IMG/VR virus record: IMGVR_UViG_3300033075_000708
Location: 712-64,711 of that record
Origin: a virus
Lineage: Duplodnaviria > Caudoviricetes
DNA length: 64,000 nucleotides
Direction: 5' to 3' (one strand)
In this document: positions 1 to 9,783 of the stretch, in pieces
How positions within the stretch are numbered: the first letter of the stretch is position 1
Layout: each line of letters starts with the position of its first letter
Position numbers and translations under genes: made by a program
Notes under the pieces: generated by a model
Told to the model about the DNA's origin: nothing
Databases searched by the model: none
What the model saw: only the letters and a program-made list of their open reading frames with translations

Positions 1-131
1 ATGTCGAGCATGTCCACCCCCCGGACGCCCTTGAGGGCGATGCTGTCGCCGCCGCTATCGCCAAGGGAGCAGTGAGCAACTTCGGTCTGAAGCCGCTCAC
101 GCTGGTGGTAGTACTCAAGGAAGGTCTTCAT
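1..131 (-). CDS. Hypothetical protein, 3' truncated by window edge, N-terminus MKTFLEYY (putative capsid-targeted protein)
   Basis: ATG at 131 preceded by CTACATAA + 4 nt; frame open to window edge. Confidence 0.6.
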   Translation of the reverse strand, partial: MKTFLEYYHQRERLQTEVAHCSLGDSGGDSIALKGVRGVDMLD

Positions 132-146
132 GCCGTTATGTAGGCA

Positions 147-521
147 TCAGCCCGTCTGGACCAGGCGGGTCACGGCGACGATCTGGCCGTCCTTGCGAAC
201 GGCACCTTCGCCAGGCCCGGTGCCAGGCATGACGAGGTCCGGCCTCTTCAGCCTCTGGCCGACCAGGGCTGAGACGATGAAGAGACTCTCGCCGTCCGGC
301 TCGGGCACCCCCTCCACGACGCCCCACCTGTTCGGGGTGTAAACGGGGACCGGCACGCCCTCCAGCTTGAGGGGCGTGCCGTGCCCGATAGTCATCGTTG
401 TCGTAGGGACTCCAGGCTCCGCGACAACGCGGGCCAGCTTGCCGCTGGGCGGGACCGTGGTGCGGGTGCCGTCCTCGGCCTGGAGGACGATGTCGTGCGG
501 GGTCAGGTTGACGAGTTTTAT
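147..521 (-). CDS. Conserved phage protein of the (M)KLVNLTPH type; apparent ATA start
   Basis: Frame of ORF 147..395 extends upstream as IKLVNLTPHDIVLQ; GAAGGTG lies just upstream of ATA(521). Confidence 0.65.
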   Translation of the reverse strand: MKLVNLTPHDIVLQAEDGTRTTVPPSGKLARVVAEPGVPTTTMTIGHGTPLKLEGVPVPVYTPNRWGVVEGVPEPDGESLFIVSALVGQRLKRPDLVMPGTGPGEGAVRKDGQIVAVTRLVQTG

Positions 522-599
522 GGTACACCTTCGGTTTCTCAGGGCCTGGAATGGCCCTGTCCGAAAGGAGTACGCTGGTCGCCTTCGCCCGATGACAAA

Positions 600-728
600 C
601 TAGGCGTAGCAGTAGCGGAACAGATAGCAGTGGTGACCCGGCAAGTTGAAGCAGCCTGGGGCCGGCTCCACGTCCAGGGTGGGCGTGTAGTCCAGCCCGT
701 CCAGCACCTCAGTGATCTCTGTGATCAT
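600..728 (-). CDS. Small hypothetical protein
   Basis: ATG overlaps upstream TGA (ATGA); ends at TAG. Confidence 0.4.
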   Translation of the reverse strand: MITEITEVLDGLDYTPTLDVEPAPGCFNLPGHHCYLFRYCYA

Positions 729-1027
729 CTCTCCTCCATCTCCTTCTGCCGCTTCTCGCGGCGATCCTCCCACTGGTTGCATGGCGGCTTCTCCAGCTTC
801 TCGATGGTCTTGGCGATGCTGTTGAGGGCCGCGTTCATGTGCTGCCGTGCCAGCCAGCGGTTCCAGTCCTCGTAGTTCTCTCTACCGCAGCAGTCGCAGG
901 TCTTCTTGTTGACGGAGATCAGGTCGCGGTCGGCCTCGGTCTGGACCAGCAGAGCCTTGAGTCGGGCGATGATCGGCTCATGCTCGGCACGGTAAGCGAG
1001 GATCTCTTCGGCGGTTGGCTCGATCAT
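725..1027 (-). CDS. Hypothetical protein
   Basis: GGAGG SD before ATG 1027; ATGA overlap with next gene. Confidence 0.65.
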   Translation of the reverse strand: MIEPTAEEILAYRAEHEPIIARLKALLVQTEADRDLISVNKKTCDCCGRENYEDWNRWLARQHMNAALNSIAKTIEKLEKPPCNQWEDRREKRQKEMEER

Positions 1028-1163
1028 GGTTCCTCCGGGGAACGTCGGGCGACATATGGATATGTCCGCCAGGAGGCCCAAGTGTGCATGGAAAACGCGA
1101 AAAACCCCCAGCTACCTTGGTATGGCCGGCTGGAGGCTCTCGCGTGCATGGAATCCGGGGATT

Positions 1164-1418
1164 TTACGGCCAGGGCCAGTACGGCAGGTTGCTGCCGTCG
1201 CCACCGTGGGTCACGCCCCTGGCGTTCAGCGTGTCGAAGTGGTCCTTGTAGTCCGCCAGCCGCCGGACCTCCCAGCGTCCGCCCTTGCACTGGTTCCACT
1301 TATCGACCCACTCCTGGCACTCCTTGCGGGGCATGGGGTGCCGGAAGTAGAACCCGAAGTCGTTGTAAGCGACACACGTCTCGTATTGCTTGATGAACTC
1401 ATCGGCTGGTCCGGCCAT
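1164..1418 (-). CDS. Hypothetical protein
   Basis: AGGAG SD; starts just after upstream TGA. Confidence 0.6.
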   Translation of the reverse strand: MAGPADEFIKQYETCVAYNDFGFYFRHPMPRKECQEWVDKWNQCKGGRWEVRRLADYKDHFDTLNARGVTHGGDGSNLPYWPWP

Positions 1419-1420
1419 GT

Positions 1421-1816
1421 TCACTCCTGAGGCAGGATGGTTCCGTTGGGCGTCACTCGCTCCTCCTTCTTCTGCTCCCACTTGTACCTGCCGCCGCCCA
1501 GGTCGGTCTTCTTCCACCGATCCCTGAAGCTGAAGCAGAACATCGCCCTGGAAGCCTCCTCATCCACATCGAGGAGGGCGTTCTTGAACCTCGACAGGGC
1601 CTGCCTCTTCTCGGGGCTGTCGAAGTCCTCCGGGGTGTCCTCCCAAATCAGCCAGTTCAGGGCGGCTTCCCTCAGGTCGAGGATATCCCTCTCCCGCCCG
1701 TTCTCCTCCAGCCAGTCCGCGATCTCCAGGCCGGTGACGGCATTCTTGTCGAAGAACGCCGACTTGATCTTCGCGGCCAGGTGCATCCCTCGTTCGTACA
1801 TGATTTGAACGGACAC
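1421..1816 (-). CDS. Hypothetical protein
   Basis: ORF in operon-like packing with SD. Confidence 0.65.
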   Translation of the reverse strand: MSVQIMYERGMHLAAKIKSAFFDKNAVTGLEIADWLEENGRERDILDLREAALNWLIWEDTPEDFDSPEKRQALSRFKNALLDVDEEASRAMFCFSFRDRWKKTDLGGGRYKWEQKKEERVTPNGTILPQE

Positions 1817-1832
1817 TGCTGATCCTCCTTGT

Positions 1833-3249
1833 TCAGGCGGCGATGTTGGGTCGTGGTACGGGCTTGCCCTTGAAGCGGAGCCTCATGGAGCGACCGCCTC
1901 GGGCCTCGCTGAGGAACCGCTTGAACAGCAGCTTGTGCCGGACGGGGTCCACGTCGGTGATCCCCAGGCAGTAGCAGACCAGGCTGCCGACCGCCGAGCC
2001 TCGGCCTGGGCCGACAGCCTCCGAGCCGTCGCCCCAGCCTAACAACTGGGGGCTGATCCGTCTAGCCTCGTTCGTCATCATCTGCACGATGAGGAAGTAG
2101 GAACTGAACTCCTTGCGGCAGATGAGGCTGTACTCCTCCTTGAGGCGGTCGGTGTAGGCCGAGTTCTTGGGCAAGTTGCGGGCCATTGCCCCCATCTTGA
2201 CCGCCTCAAACAGCTTCTCGTTGGCGTCCTCGATCTTGGGTAGCTTGACACTCCGGTCCAGCTTGACGCCCTTGCAGCGGTTGGCGACCCGGACGGTGTT
2301 CCGCTTCGCCTCCTTGTAGATTTCGTAGTCGATAGCGTCGGCGTACTCGACCATCCAGTACTTGTCGAGATCCTCCTCAGTCTTCATGCTGAGGGACTCG
2401 CTCTGGAGGACGAACACGTCGTCGGAGTCGGACTCCAGCAACCGCTTTTGCAGGTCACGCATGGTCGTGTTGGTCTGGACCATAAGCTGAAGCCGCTGGT
2501 ACTTGCTGTCCTCCGGGTTGCAGTAGTGAACGTCGTTGGTCAGGATGATCGGCAGGCCGTACTTGAGGTGGGCCTTGATGATGAAGCGGTCGTAGTCCTT
2601 CTGGAGCTTGAAGTCCAGCATCATGATCTCAAGGTAGAACTGCTTAGGGCCGAACATCGCCATGTACCGCTCGACCATAGCGAAGCCGGCCTCCTCCCCG
2701 CCCTCGGCGTAAGCCTGGCCGATCTCGGAGGCGTAGCAGCAGGACGTAAAAACGATCCCCTCCTTGTACTTCTGAAGCTGTTCATGGTTGAGCCTGGGCC
2801 TGCCGTAGTAGTATCCCTTGGTCCAGGCGAGGCTGGACAGCTTGACGAGGTTCTCGTAGCCCAGGTTGTTCTCAGCGATGGCGAGGAGGTGGTAGCCCTT
2901 CTTGGAGAGCTTCTTCAGGCTGGCCGGGTCCAGGCTCTTCTTGTACTTCTCCCACTGCTCGGGGGAGTCCACCTCGATCTGGAGGGGGTTGACGTACAGT
3001 TCCGACGCGAACAGCGGCTCCAGCCGCTTGTCCTTGAGCGGGTCATCCTTCTTGCCGGACGGCTCGCAAGCCTTGATCTGTCTTGGGATTGCGGCCATCA
3101 TACCGTGGTCAGACACGCACAGGAAGTTGTTCCCGTAGGTCTTCCACTTGGTCGCGTATTCCTCGACCATGCCGTAGCCGTCGAGGAGGCTGAAGTCGGT
3201 GTGGCTAATGAAGATGGAGATGCTCAAAACCAGTGCATTCCATCTTCAT
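1833..3249 (-). CDS. dnaE: DNA polymerase III alpha subunit, N-terminal part only (PHP domain + start of palm), with a lesion near the 5' end
   Basis: HTDFSLLDG, SDHG, TNDVHY, GPGRGSAVGSLVCYCLGIT, LLFKRFL motifs; AAGGAGG SD at ATG 3249 reads GFEHLHLH then TAG. Confidence 0.9.
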
Positions 3250-3266
3250 TGGCCCTCCTTTCATCG

Positions 3267-4073
3267 TCATATGTCTCTTCTGAAAGAGATGCCCTTGGAT
3301 GTCAGCCACCGCTCAAACGCAGAGCGGTCGTACTTTGCATTCTTGCGAATATTCTCGGTGCCTGGGAGAGGCCGCAGGTTCTCCAAGCAGTTGATAACTG
3401 CCATGTCGGTGATGCCGTAGTCAATGAACGCCTTTATCGGGAAAATGTGGTCGATGTGCCACTCACCCTTGCTGACCTCAGGCCAATCTGGATACCCCTG
3501 TATGTGACTAAGCAAATCAGGCCAGTCGTACCCCAAATACGACTTGGTCCTGCCCTGCTTCTTTCCGGCCTTGGCCTGCTTCATCGCGTAGGCCAGCATC
3601 TTATAGCAGCAGTGGCGGAACCGATAGTCCAGTTTGACAACCTCCCTGTCCTCCCGCCACTCGTAGTGATTCTCACCACGGATCTTGGCTCTGCCACACT
3701 CCCAGCACCGCTTACCCTTGGAGTAGAAATTGTTCCAGTTGATGGTGGATTCGCGGTCACAGGAGCAGCGATACCTCATCGGCACCCTGCTGCCCCGGTA
3801 GGGGTCGAGCAGTTCGCAACCCTGAGAGCGAAAATACTCCGCGACCTCATCATGGGTCAAGCTCTGCTTCTTGGAGTTCTTCTTGCCTCCGCAGACGCGG
3901 CAGCGGTTACCCCTTTTGAAGCTGTCGAAGACAATGCTGCTCTCGTTGCCACAGGAGCAGCGATAACGCATCTTGGTGCGTGCGTTCTTGTAATCGGTTT
4001 CCAGAAGTTCGCAACCCTGGGACCGGAAGCACGCCGCGACTTCCTCGTAGCTCAACCTGATACCTGTAGACAT
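3267..4073 (-). CDS. HNH homing endonuclease with two repeated Cys-rich DNA-binding modules
   Basis: WHIDHIFP...ENLRPLPGTENIRKN; duplicated FRSQGCELL...MRYRCSC units. Confidence 0.8.
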   Translation of the reverse strand: MSTGIRLSYEEVAACFRSQGCELLETDYKNARTKMRYRCSCGNESSIVFDSFKRGNRCRVCGGKKNSKKQSLTHDEVAEYFRSQGCELLDPYRGSRVPMRYRCSCDRESTINWNNFYSKGKRCWECGRAKIRGENHYEWREDREVVKLDYRFRHCCYKMLAYAMKQAKAGKKQGRTKSYLGYDWPDLLSHIQGYPDWPEVSKGEWHIDHIFPIKAFIDYGITDMAVINCLENLRPLPGTENIRKNAKYDRSAFERWLTSKGISFRRDI

Positions 4074-4136
4074 GAAAACACCTCCTGCTTGAGTGTAGAC
4101 AGGAGGTGTCTAGGATTCCAGAGTCATCGTCATCGA

Positions 4137-4373
4137 TCAGCCGTCGCCGCAGTTTTCCCAGGAGGTCTTGAGCCTCTCGACCATGTCGTCGCGGAGTTTC
4201 TTGACCTTGGCGTTCAGGGCTTCCTCTTCCTTCCTCAGGGCGGCTTTCCTGACCTCGATGTTCGACCGCTCGGCCACCAGGGTCGATATCTCGTAGGCGA
4301 AGCCGGCGAACGGCTGGCTGAGGTAGAAGTCGGGGCCGTAGGCTTTCAGGATGTCGAGGAAATCAGATTTCAT
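4137..4373 (-). CDS. Hypothetical coiled-coil protein
   Basis: ORF; TGATG overlap with upstream frame. Confidence 0.6.
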   Translation of the reverse strand: MKSDFLDILKAYGPDFYLSQPFAGFAYEISTLVAERSNIEVRKAALRKEEEALNAKVKKLRDDMVERLKTSWENCGDG

Positions 4374-4615
4374 CAGTCGGACCTCGTCTTGGCTCCGTGG
4401 GCACCCTTGGCCCTGTTCGGCTTCGGGGGCCAGTTATCGAGGAACTTGAAGTTGCGGTCCTAATCGCTCATATAGGTGATCGCGTCGGCGGGCCATGTGA
4501 TCACGTCGGCGGGCGGGTAGTTCGCCGCCTGGTGATAGAGAGGGGGGTAAAGGCCCTGCTTGCCCGAGGTGCCCCGGTCCTCCCTCAGGGACAGCCATTC
4601 GCGGAACTTCTTCAT
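4373..4615 (-). CDS. MKKFREWL-type small protein interrupted by in-frame TAG at 4460-4462
   Basis: CTACATAA + 4 nt + ATG; frame continues past TAG to a TGA overlapping the next ATG. Confidence 0.55.
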
Positions 4616-4630
4616 GCCCTTATGTAGGGA

Positions 4631-4864
4631 TTAGTTGACGAACCGCATCGCCCGCCAGCCGTAGGTCGGGTAGCCACCGCCGTCACTGCCCCGGTAGCCG
4701 TCCACGCCCCACTCGTACTCGATCCTGGCAATCTCCCACCAGCGGCACTCTTTCTGGCCGTCCGCCCTGGGCAGAGTGCATGGCAGCAACAGGAACTCCT
4801 CTTCGACCTTCTTCTCGCCCACCCTGGTGGATGGGTCAACGGGATCGGTCACGACCCACCTCAT
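4631..4864 (-). CDS. Hypothetical protein
   Basis: ORF in operon packing. Confidence 0.55.
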   Translation of the reverse strand: MRWVVTDPVDPSTRVGEKKVEEEFLLLPCTLPRADGQKECRWWEIARIEYEWGVDGYRGSDGGGYPTYGWRAMRFVN

Positions 4865-4867
4865 GGC

Positions 4868-5209
4868 TCACCCCTTCTTGTCCCAGTATACCTTGAACGT
4901 CCTGATGGCCTCAAACGCGGCGTCAAAGTCGCCGTCGAAACGGATTCCCCGGTCGTCCAGATAGCATACGGCCATCGGCTTCTTGTCCACGACCGAGTAT
5001 ACGAGGTTGTTCAGGCCACGCTCGCCCAGCCACTTCTTGATCTTCTCGGCGGGCCGGGTGCTGTGGACGACGACGTTGAAGCCGGCGGATTGGAGCTTCC
5101 TGAGGAAGTCTCCCAGGCCCTCCCGAGGTTCAAACAACTCGTCCTCGCCCTTCCAACCAGAATATGTGTTCATCACGCCATCGAAATCGAGGCACACTGT
5201 CTTAGCCAT
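4868..5209 (-). CDS. HAD-superfamily phosphatase
   Basis: DFDGV motif I, STR motif II, K...YLDD motifs III/IV. Confidence 0.8.
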   Translation of the reverse strand: MAKTVCLDFDGVMNTYSGWKGEDELFEPREGLGDFLRKLQSAGFNVVVHSTRPAEKIKKWLGERGLNNLVYSVVDKKPMAVCYLDDRGIRFDGDFDAAFEAIRTFKVYWDKKG

Positions 5210-6048
5210 TACGCCATCATCTCCACTTGAGAAAACCACTCGGCCAGAGCCGCCTCGTTAACCGCCGGGATGACCTTCATGGGGTCACACTCGTAGAGGC
5301 AGCAGCAGGAGAACGGGCCAACCTCCATCAGGGCGAACGTGCCGTGTTGGGACTCGCAGATGTCCATCACCCAGACGGGGTGTGGGTTGAACGACACCTC
5401 GCTGAGGATGTAGTTCGCATAGTTGACGACCTCGTCGGGACAACCGCGTTGGCGGTCGGGCCTCCCCTCGTTCTTGTACTGTGAGGCGGCGACCACCTTC
5501 TTGCCGCAGATGACCAGACGCCACTCCCTGAGGATCTTCCTGGCTTTGGCGACGATCACCGGCGTGTTCCTCTCGACCAACCCTTTGACCCGCCACAGGC
5601 TAGTCAGCACGTCCAGTTCGTCCCGGTTGCGGACCACGTCACCGGCAAAGAGCTTGTCAGCCCCGGTCGGTCTGACGAAGGCCCCGCCCCAGGTCGTGAC
5701 CGCCTCCCTGAGGATGCTGTACGAATGGCAGCGGTGCATCTCGTAGCTCTCGTTGAACAGGAAGCGGCTGAACCTGGGGTAGTAGTTCAGGCAGTCGAAC
5801 TCCCCGAGGTTACACCAGATGCCTGGGAACACCTTGGCCTGCTTCGCCAGGTTGGCTAACTGGAAGCCGCCGTGGAAGACGACGCAGTCGTAGGGGTGTA
5901 ACTGCCTGAGGTAGTGGTCGTAGGATTTGCCGAACTGCACCGCGACGTGGTCCGTCCCCGTCTCCTCAAGGGCGTCGATAAAGTGGTCCATCTCGCCGTT
6001 GAAGACCTCGGGTTCGATCAGCCACTTAACCCTCTTGAACTCAGACAT
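5209..6048 (-). CDS. ATP-grasp protein (DUF4343/R2K-like)
   Basis: FVRPTGADKLFAG, EWRLVICG, VMDIC...LMEVGP motifs; TAATG and TGATG overlaps. Confidence 0.75.
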   Translation of the reverse strand: MSEFKRVKWLIEPEVFNGEMDHFIDALEETGTDHVAVQFGKSYDHYLRQLHPYDCVVFHGGFQLANLAKQAKVFPGIWCNLGEFDCLNYYPRFSRFLFNESYEMHRCHSYSILREAVTTWGGAFVRPTGADKLFAGDVVRNRDELDVLTSLWRVKGLVERNTPVIVAKARKILREWRLVICGKKVVAASQYKNEGRPDRQRGCPDEVVNYANYILSEVSFNPHPVWVMDICESQHGTFALMEVGPFSCCCLYECDPMKVIPAVNEAALAEWFSQVEMMA

Positions 6049-6233
6049 CAGAACGTCCTCTGCGTCACGTCGGTGTGGTCGTATGGTTCGGGCGGCGTCT
6101 GGTCGAAGTACTCGACCTTCTTGAGGGTGCCGTCCGGGTAGTACTCGGCGGACTTGATCCTGGGGCACTGCCCCGAGTGCCACATGCCGCAGTGGTGGCA
6201 ATGTTTGATTTCGCCGGGCCAGTTGATACTCAT
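6048..6233 (-). CDS. Small zinc-ribbon-like protein
   Basis: CHHC...H...CP; overlaps both neighbours. Confidence 0.6.
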   Translation of the reverse strand: MSINWPGEIKHCHHCGMWHSGQCPRIKSAEYYPDGTLKKVEYFDQTPPEPYDHTDVTQRTF

Positions 6234-7831
6234 CGCCACCGCTTCTCGTACTCTTCGCGGGCCATGAGGAGGATGTCCTTCTCAGGGTCCAGGCCCGAGC
6301 AGTAGAACACAAGCTCCTCGTCGTTCTCGTTCTTGGTGGCTAGGCACACTTCCTTGCCCCAAAGGAAGTATAGGCTGGTGAGCGTCTCGCGGGCGTTCCT
6401 CTCGTCCAGAACCTGATCGTCCCAGTAGTGCTGGAGGAACATCCAGCCTCGGCCCCGGTGGTTAGGATCGACCAACCGGATGTCGGGGAAGCCGCCGTTG
6501 ATGTACCGCTTGAGGAGACGACGCTTGATGACCTTGGCGTCCCGCGTCTCGATCTTGTACTCCCCTGAGGGGAAGTGACGCCACATATAGAACTCGTTGC
6601 GGTCGCAGAAGTCCTGGGTGAAGAACTCGTTCAGGAGGATCACATCGTTGTAGTACTTCCTGAGTTCAAACACCTTCTGCTTGCCAAGGCCCAGGCCACG
6701 ATCCCAGTTCTCCTTGGCCTTAGCGTCACGGCAGTTGTCCCACTCGTCACCGAACTGCCCCTTGTTCCAACGCTCCTCAACGTCGCAGAGGAGCATGTAG
6801 CCGATCTTGTAGGGGTTGAGGGAGTACTTGCCGCCCAGCACCGCCGTCTTGTGGAGGGCGTACTGGATGATGCCCGAGTCGTGGGTCGGCTGCCCCAGGC
6901 TGACGAGGCCCTCCTTCGTCATGAGGTGGTAGTCCACCCATGAGGCGAAGCCCTCGTTGATCATCTTGGTCGCCCTCTGGGGGGCGAAGTACATGGCGTC
7001 CTCGTAGAGCATCGCCATGATGTCGGACTGCCAGGGCTTGAGCGGGGCGTAGTCCCTGATGAAGCCCATGATGTCCTTGGTCGGCTCGCTGAACAGGCCG
7101 AGATCCCTGGCAGTCTCCTCTCTGGAGATCCGCTCGTTCTCCTGATCGCGGAACCTCTTCGGGTTGAGCCAGGGTTCCATATAGAGGCGGTCCTGGGGGA
7201 CGTTCAGCCTCCTGGGTTGCTCGACCTCGCGGCGGTCCCTGATGACCACGTCCCTGATCTCACGCTGCTCCCACGCCTTGGAGTAGTCCACCAGGGTGTC
7301 GATCCTGAGGACGTGGTCGATGAACTGGGTGACCTTCTCCCTGCCCCAACGCTCCATGTATCGGCGGATACGCTTGCTGTGGTTGGCAAACGTGTCGATC
7401 ATGTGCCGGTCGGTGTGCTGGAAGTGCAGGTTGTTCTTGAAGAAATCGTTGTGACCCGTCGCATGGGCAACCACTAGGATGTTGTCCATGAGGGGGTTGG
7501 TGTTGAGCAGGTAGAGATGACAGGGGTCGTTGTTGATGACCATCTCGTAGATGCGGTGCATGCCGTACTCGTAGCCCTTCTGTAAGCCCTCGTACTCCAT
7601 GCCCCAGCCCCAGTGGGGGTAGCGGATGGGGAAGCCGCCGTAGGCAGCGACCTCGCTCATCTCCGAGCCGGTCAACTTGTGGATCACCGTGGGGAAGAAG
7701 TCCAGGCCCCAGTCCTGGCACTTCTTCAGGGTGATGGAGAAGTACTTCTTCTCCTCCTCTGAGAGTTGCAGCCCTGGCGTGGTGTTGTTGCCCTCAAGGA
7801 GGGATGGTCCATAGAAGAACTTGCTGCTCAT
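6230..7831 (-). CDS. spoVR: SpoVR/YcgB family protein
   Basis: P.RYPHW, IYEMVINNDP, HATGHNDFFKNN, TKMINEGFAS, NPYKIG motifs. Confidence 0.93.
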   Translation of the reverse strand: MSSKFFYGPSLLEGNNTTPGLQLSEEEKKYFSITLKKCQDWGLDFFPTVIHKLTGSEMSEVAAYGGFPIRYPHWGWGMEYEGLQKGYEYGMHRIYEMVINNDPCHLYLLNTNPLMDNILVVAHATGHNDFFKNNLHFQHTDRHMIDTFANHSKRIRRYMERWGREKVTQFIDHVLRIDTLVDYSKAWEQREIRDVVIRDRREVEQPRRLNVPQDRLYMEPWLNPKRFRDQENERISREETARDLGLFSEPTKDIMGFIRDYAPLKPWQSDIMAMLYEDAMYFAPQRATKMINEGFASWVDYHLMTKEGLVSLGQPTHDSGIIQYALHKTAVLGGKYSLNPYKIGYMLLCDVEERWNKGQFGDEWDNCRDAKAKENWDRGLGLGKQKVFELRKYYNDVILLNEFFTQDFCDRNEFYMWRHFPSGEYKIETRDAKVIKRRLLKRYINGGFPDIRLVDPNHRGRGWMFLQHYWDDQVLDERNARETLTSLYFLWGKEVCLATKNENDEELVFYCSGLDPEKDILLMAREEYEKRWR

Positions 7832-7843
7832 GGCACGGTGTCC

Positions 7844-9061
7844 TCAGATGTTGTACCCGGCCTTCTTGCCGAGCAACGTGCGGATGGCCTCATCGATGGC
7901 CTTGTTCCTCTCCTCTTCAGTCAACTTCGGCGTCTCGCCCCAGCCGCCTTTGGGGTCGGGGGAAGTCTCGGGTCCAATAGACGCCATGCGGATGTTGTCC
8001 AACTGAGGGGTGTCCTCAAGGCGGTCCTCCATGAACCGCTTGACGCTGGTCGAGTAGTTCCAGCACAATACCTGAGTGATGCCGAGCATGTTCACCACGC
8101 CGGGCCGCATCTCCTTGCTGATGGTTTCCAGCAGCGTCTGGTTGTCGTCCTCTTGGTTTTCGCCATCCGAGAAGTAGAAGACGTAGATGTTGTTGGCCTC
8201 GGGCTTGAATCGGTTCTCAAACTGCTTCGCCATCAGCTTGAATACCGAACTGCACTTGGTGCCGCCGCCGTAGCGGAGCTTGTAGAAGGTGTCGCGGTCC
8301 ACCTCCTTAGCCGCCGTATCGTGCCAGAAGTAGCACGTCTCCGTCTTCTCGTAGAAACGCTTGATCCACCGTTCGATCCAGAACGCCATGTCGGTGATGA
8401 CCTCGCACTTAGGCTCATCCATCGAGATGGAGCCGTCGCGTGCGAACATGATCACCGCACTGCTGTTGGGGATCTCATGCTCCTCGTACATGCGGTATCG
8501 CTTGTCCGAGCGGATCGGCGTGACGACCCTCATCGGCTCCTTGCAGCCGGGCAGCATCTGGAGCTTGTCCAGATCGCCCGAGGCGGCGAGCCGCTTGATC
8601 GCCTGGAGGAACGTCCGGCGGTTGTGCCTCAGCGACTCGGGGCCGATATTGCTGATGCCTGTGTACTTGATCTCAAAGCTCTCAAAGGTCCGCTGGTCCT
8701 TCGGCTTGATGTCCGGCAGTTCAAGCTCCTCGGCCCAGAGGTCGAGGACGTGGTCGATGTCCACATGGACGATCATGCCGTCCGCCTCTTGGTCGCCGGC
8801 CTGGCTGCCCTTCCCCTTGCCCTTGTTGGGGTCACGACCGATCACGTCGCCGGGCTTCCCCGGTCCCCGTTTGATGCCGGTGTCGGGGTCGCCGTAGGTC
8901 AGGTGGGGCGTGTCGATCTTCGGGAGACGGACGGGGATGTGCTTGTCCCCCTTCAGGCGGTACACGTCGCCTGTGCGGAACAGCCTCTTGAGTTCCTTGC
9001 GGAACTTGCCGCCGACAACGTCGATGAAGTGCTTGTGGTCTTCGTCAATTCGCCTGCCCAT
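7844..9061 (-). CDS. yeaH: YeaH/YhbH (DUF444) vWA-domain protein
   Basis: DGSISM MIDAS-like motif, GGTKCSS, FYFSDGEN; lies between prkA and spoVR. Confidence 0.9.
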   Translation of the reverse strand: MGRRIDEDHKHFIDVVGGKFRKELKRLFRTGDVYRLKGDKHIPVRLPKIDTPHLTYGDPDTGIKRGPGKPGDVIGRDPNKGKGKGSQAGDQEADGMIVHVDIDHVLDLWAEELELPDIKPKDQRTFESFEIKYTGISNIGPESLRHNRRTFLQAIKRLAASGDLDKLQMLPGCKEPMRVVTPIRSDKRYRMYEEHEIPNSSAVIMFARDGSISMDEPKCEVITDMAFWIERWIKRFYEKTETCYFWHDTAAKEVDRDTFYKLRYGGGTKCSSVFKLMAKQFENRFKPEANNIYVFYFSDGENQEDDNQTLLETISKEMRPGVVNMLGITQVLCWNYSTSVKRFMEDRLEDTPQLDNIRMASIGPETSPDPKGGWGETPKLTEEERNKAIDEAIRTLLGKKAGYNI

Positions 9062-9783
9062 TTCGCCTCTCCCTCATTTTTAGCCCTCTTCCGGTATTGG
9101 CAGTTCAGGCACAGCACCTGCAATGGTGGATCGTTAGGGAAACCGTGCTTACGCAGATGCAGGTAGAAGGCGTAGCCCTTGGTGCCAGTGCTTAGGCGGT
9201 GGGCTGCACCGTCGTCATTGACATGATCAAGCGTAAGGACCACCATATCAGCCTCGCCGCAGGGACAGGTCTGTCCGTACCGCTCCATGCACTGAGCCTT
9301 GATCGACTGGCTGTAGTCTCTGGTCTGCCGTTGCCTCTCGGTTGGGTTCTTGTTCATCATTTCCTGGGCACGCTTCCTGAACTGGCAGTTCCAGCAAAGC
9401 ACTTGGAACCCTTCGGGGTACTTGTTTCTCTTGAGCCACCCGTATCCATTGTGACCAGTCCTCATTCCTGTTAGCCTCCTGTGCCTCCCACCACCACCAT
9501 TTATGTGGTCTATCGTCAGGAGATTGAGATCCGTCTCGGGGCAGCACTTGCATCGGATCTCGCCTTCGCAGTAGTGGGAGAAGACCTCTGTCTTGATCTT
9601 GGTCTTCGCCCTGTTGCAATTACGGTTGTGGCGAACGCGGTTGCGTTTCACCCAGGTCTTAGCTCTGGCGACGTTGCATCCTTTGCAAGTAGAGGTCAGC
9701 CCATCACGCCGCGAGCGGTTTCTGTGGAAACACTCTCTGAGCAGTTCCTTTTTGCAGGACGTGCAGATTTTGGTGGTAGTCAT
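8953..9783 (-). CDS. Homing endonuclease with two tandem HNH-like domains
   Basis: LTIDHING...QVLCWNC and LTLDHVND...QVLCLNC; overlaps yeaH start. Confidence 0.75.
   Translation of the reverse strand: MTTTKICTSCKKELLRECFHRNRSRRDGLTSTCKGCNVARAKTWVKRNRVRHNRNCNRAKTKIKTEVFSHYCEGEIRCKCCPETDLNLLTIDHINGGGGRHRRLTGMRTGHNGYGWLKRNKYPEGFQVLCWNCQFRKRAQEMMNKNPTERQRQTRDYSQSIKAQCMERYGQTCPCGEADMVVLTLDHVNDDGAAHRLSTGTKGYAFYLHLRKHGFPNDPPLQVLCLNCQYRKRAKNEGEAKWAGELTKTTSTSSTLSAASSARNSRGCSAQATCTA

Noticed and set aside
4868-5209. GmhB heptose-bisphosphate phosphatase
   Set aside because: Lacks the DRDG motif and Zn-binding Cys/His cluster; generic HAD
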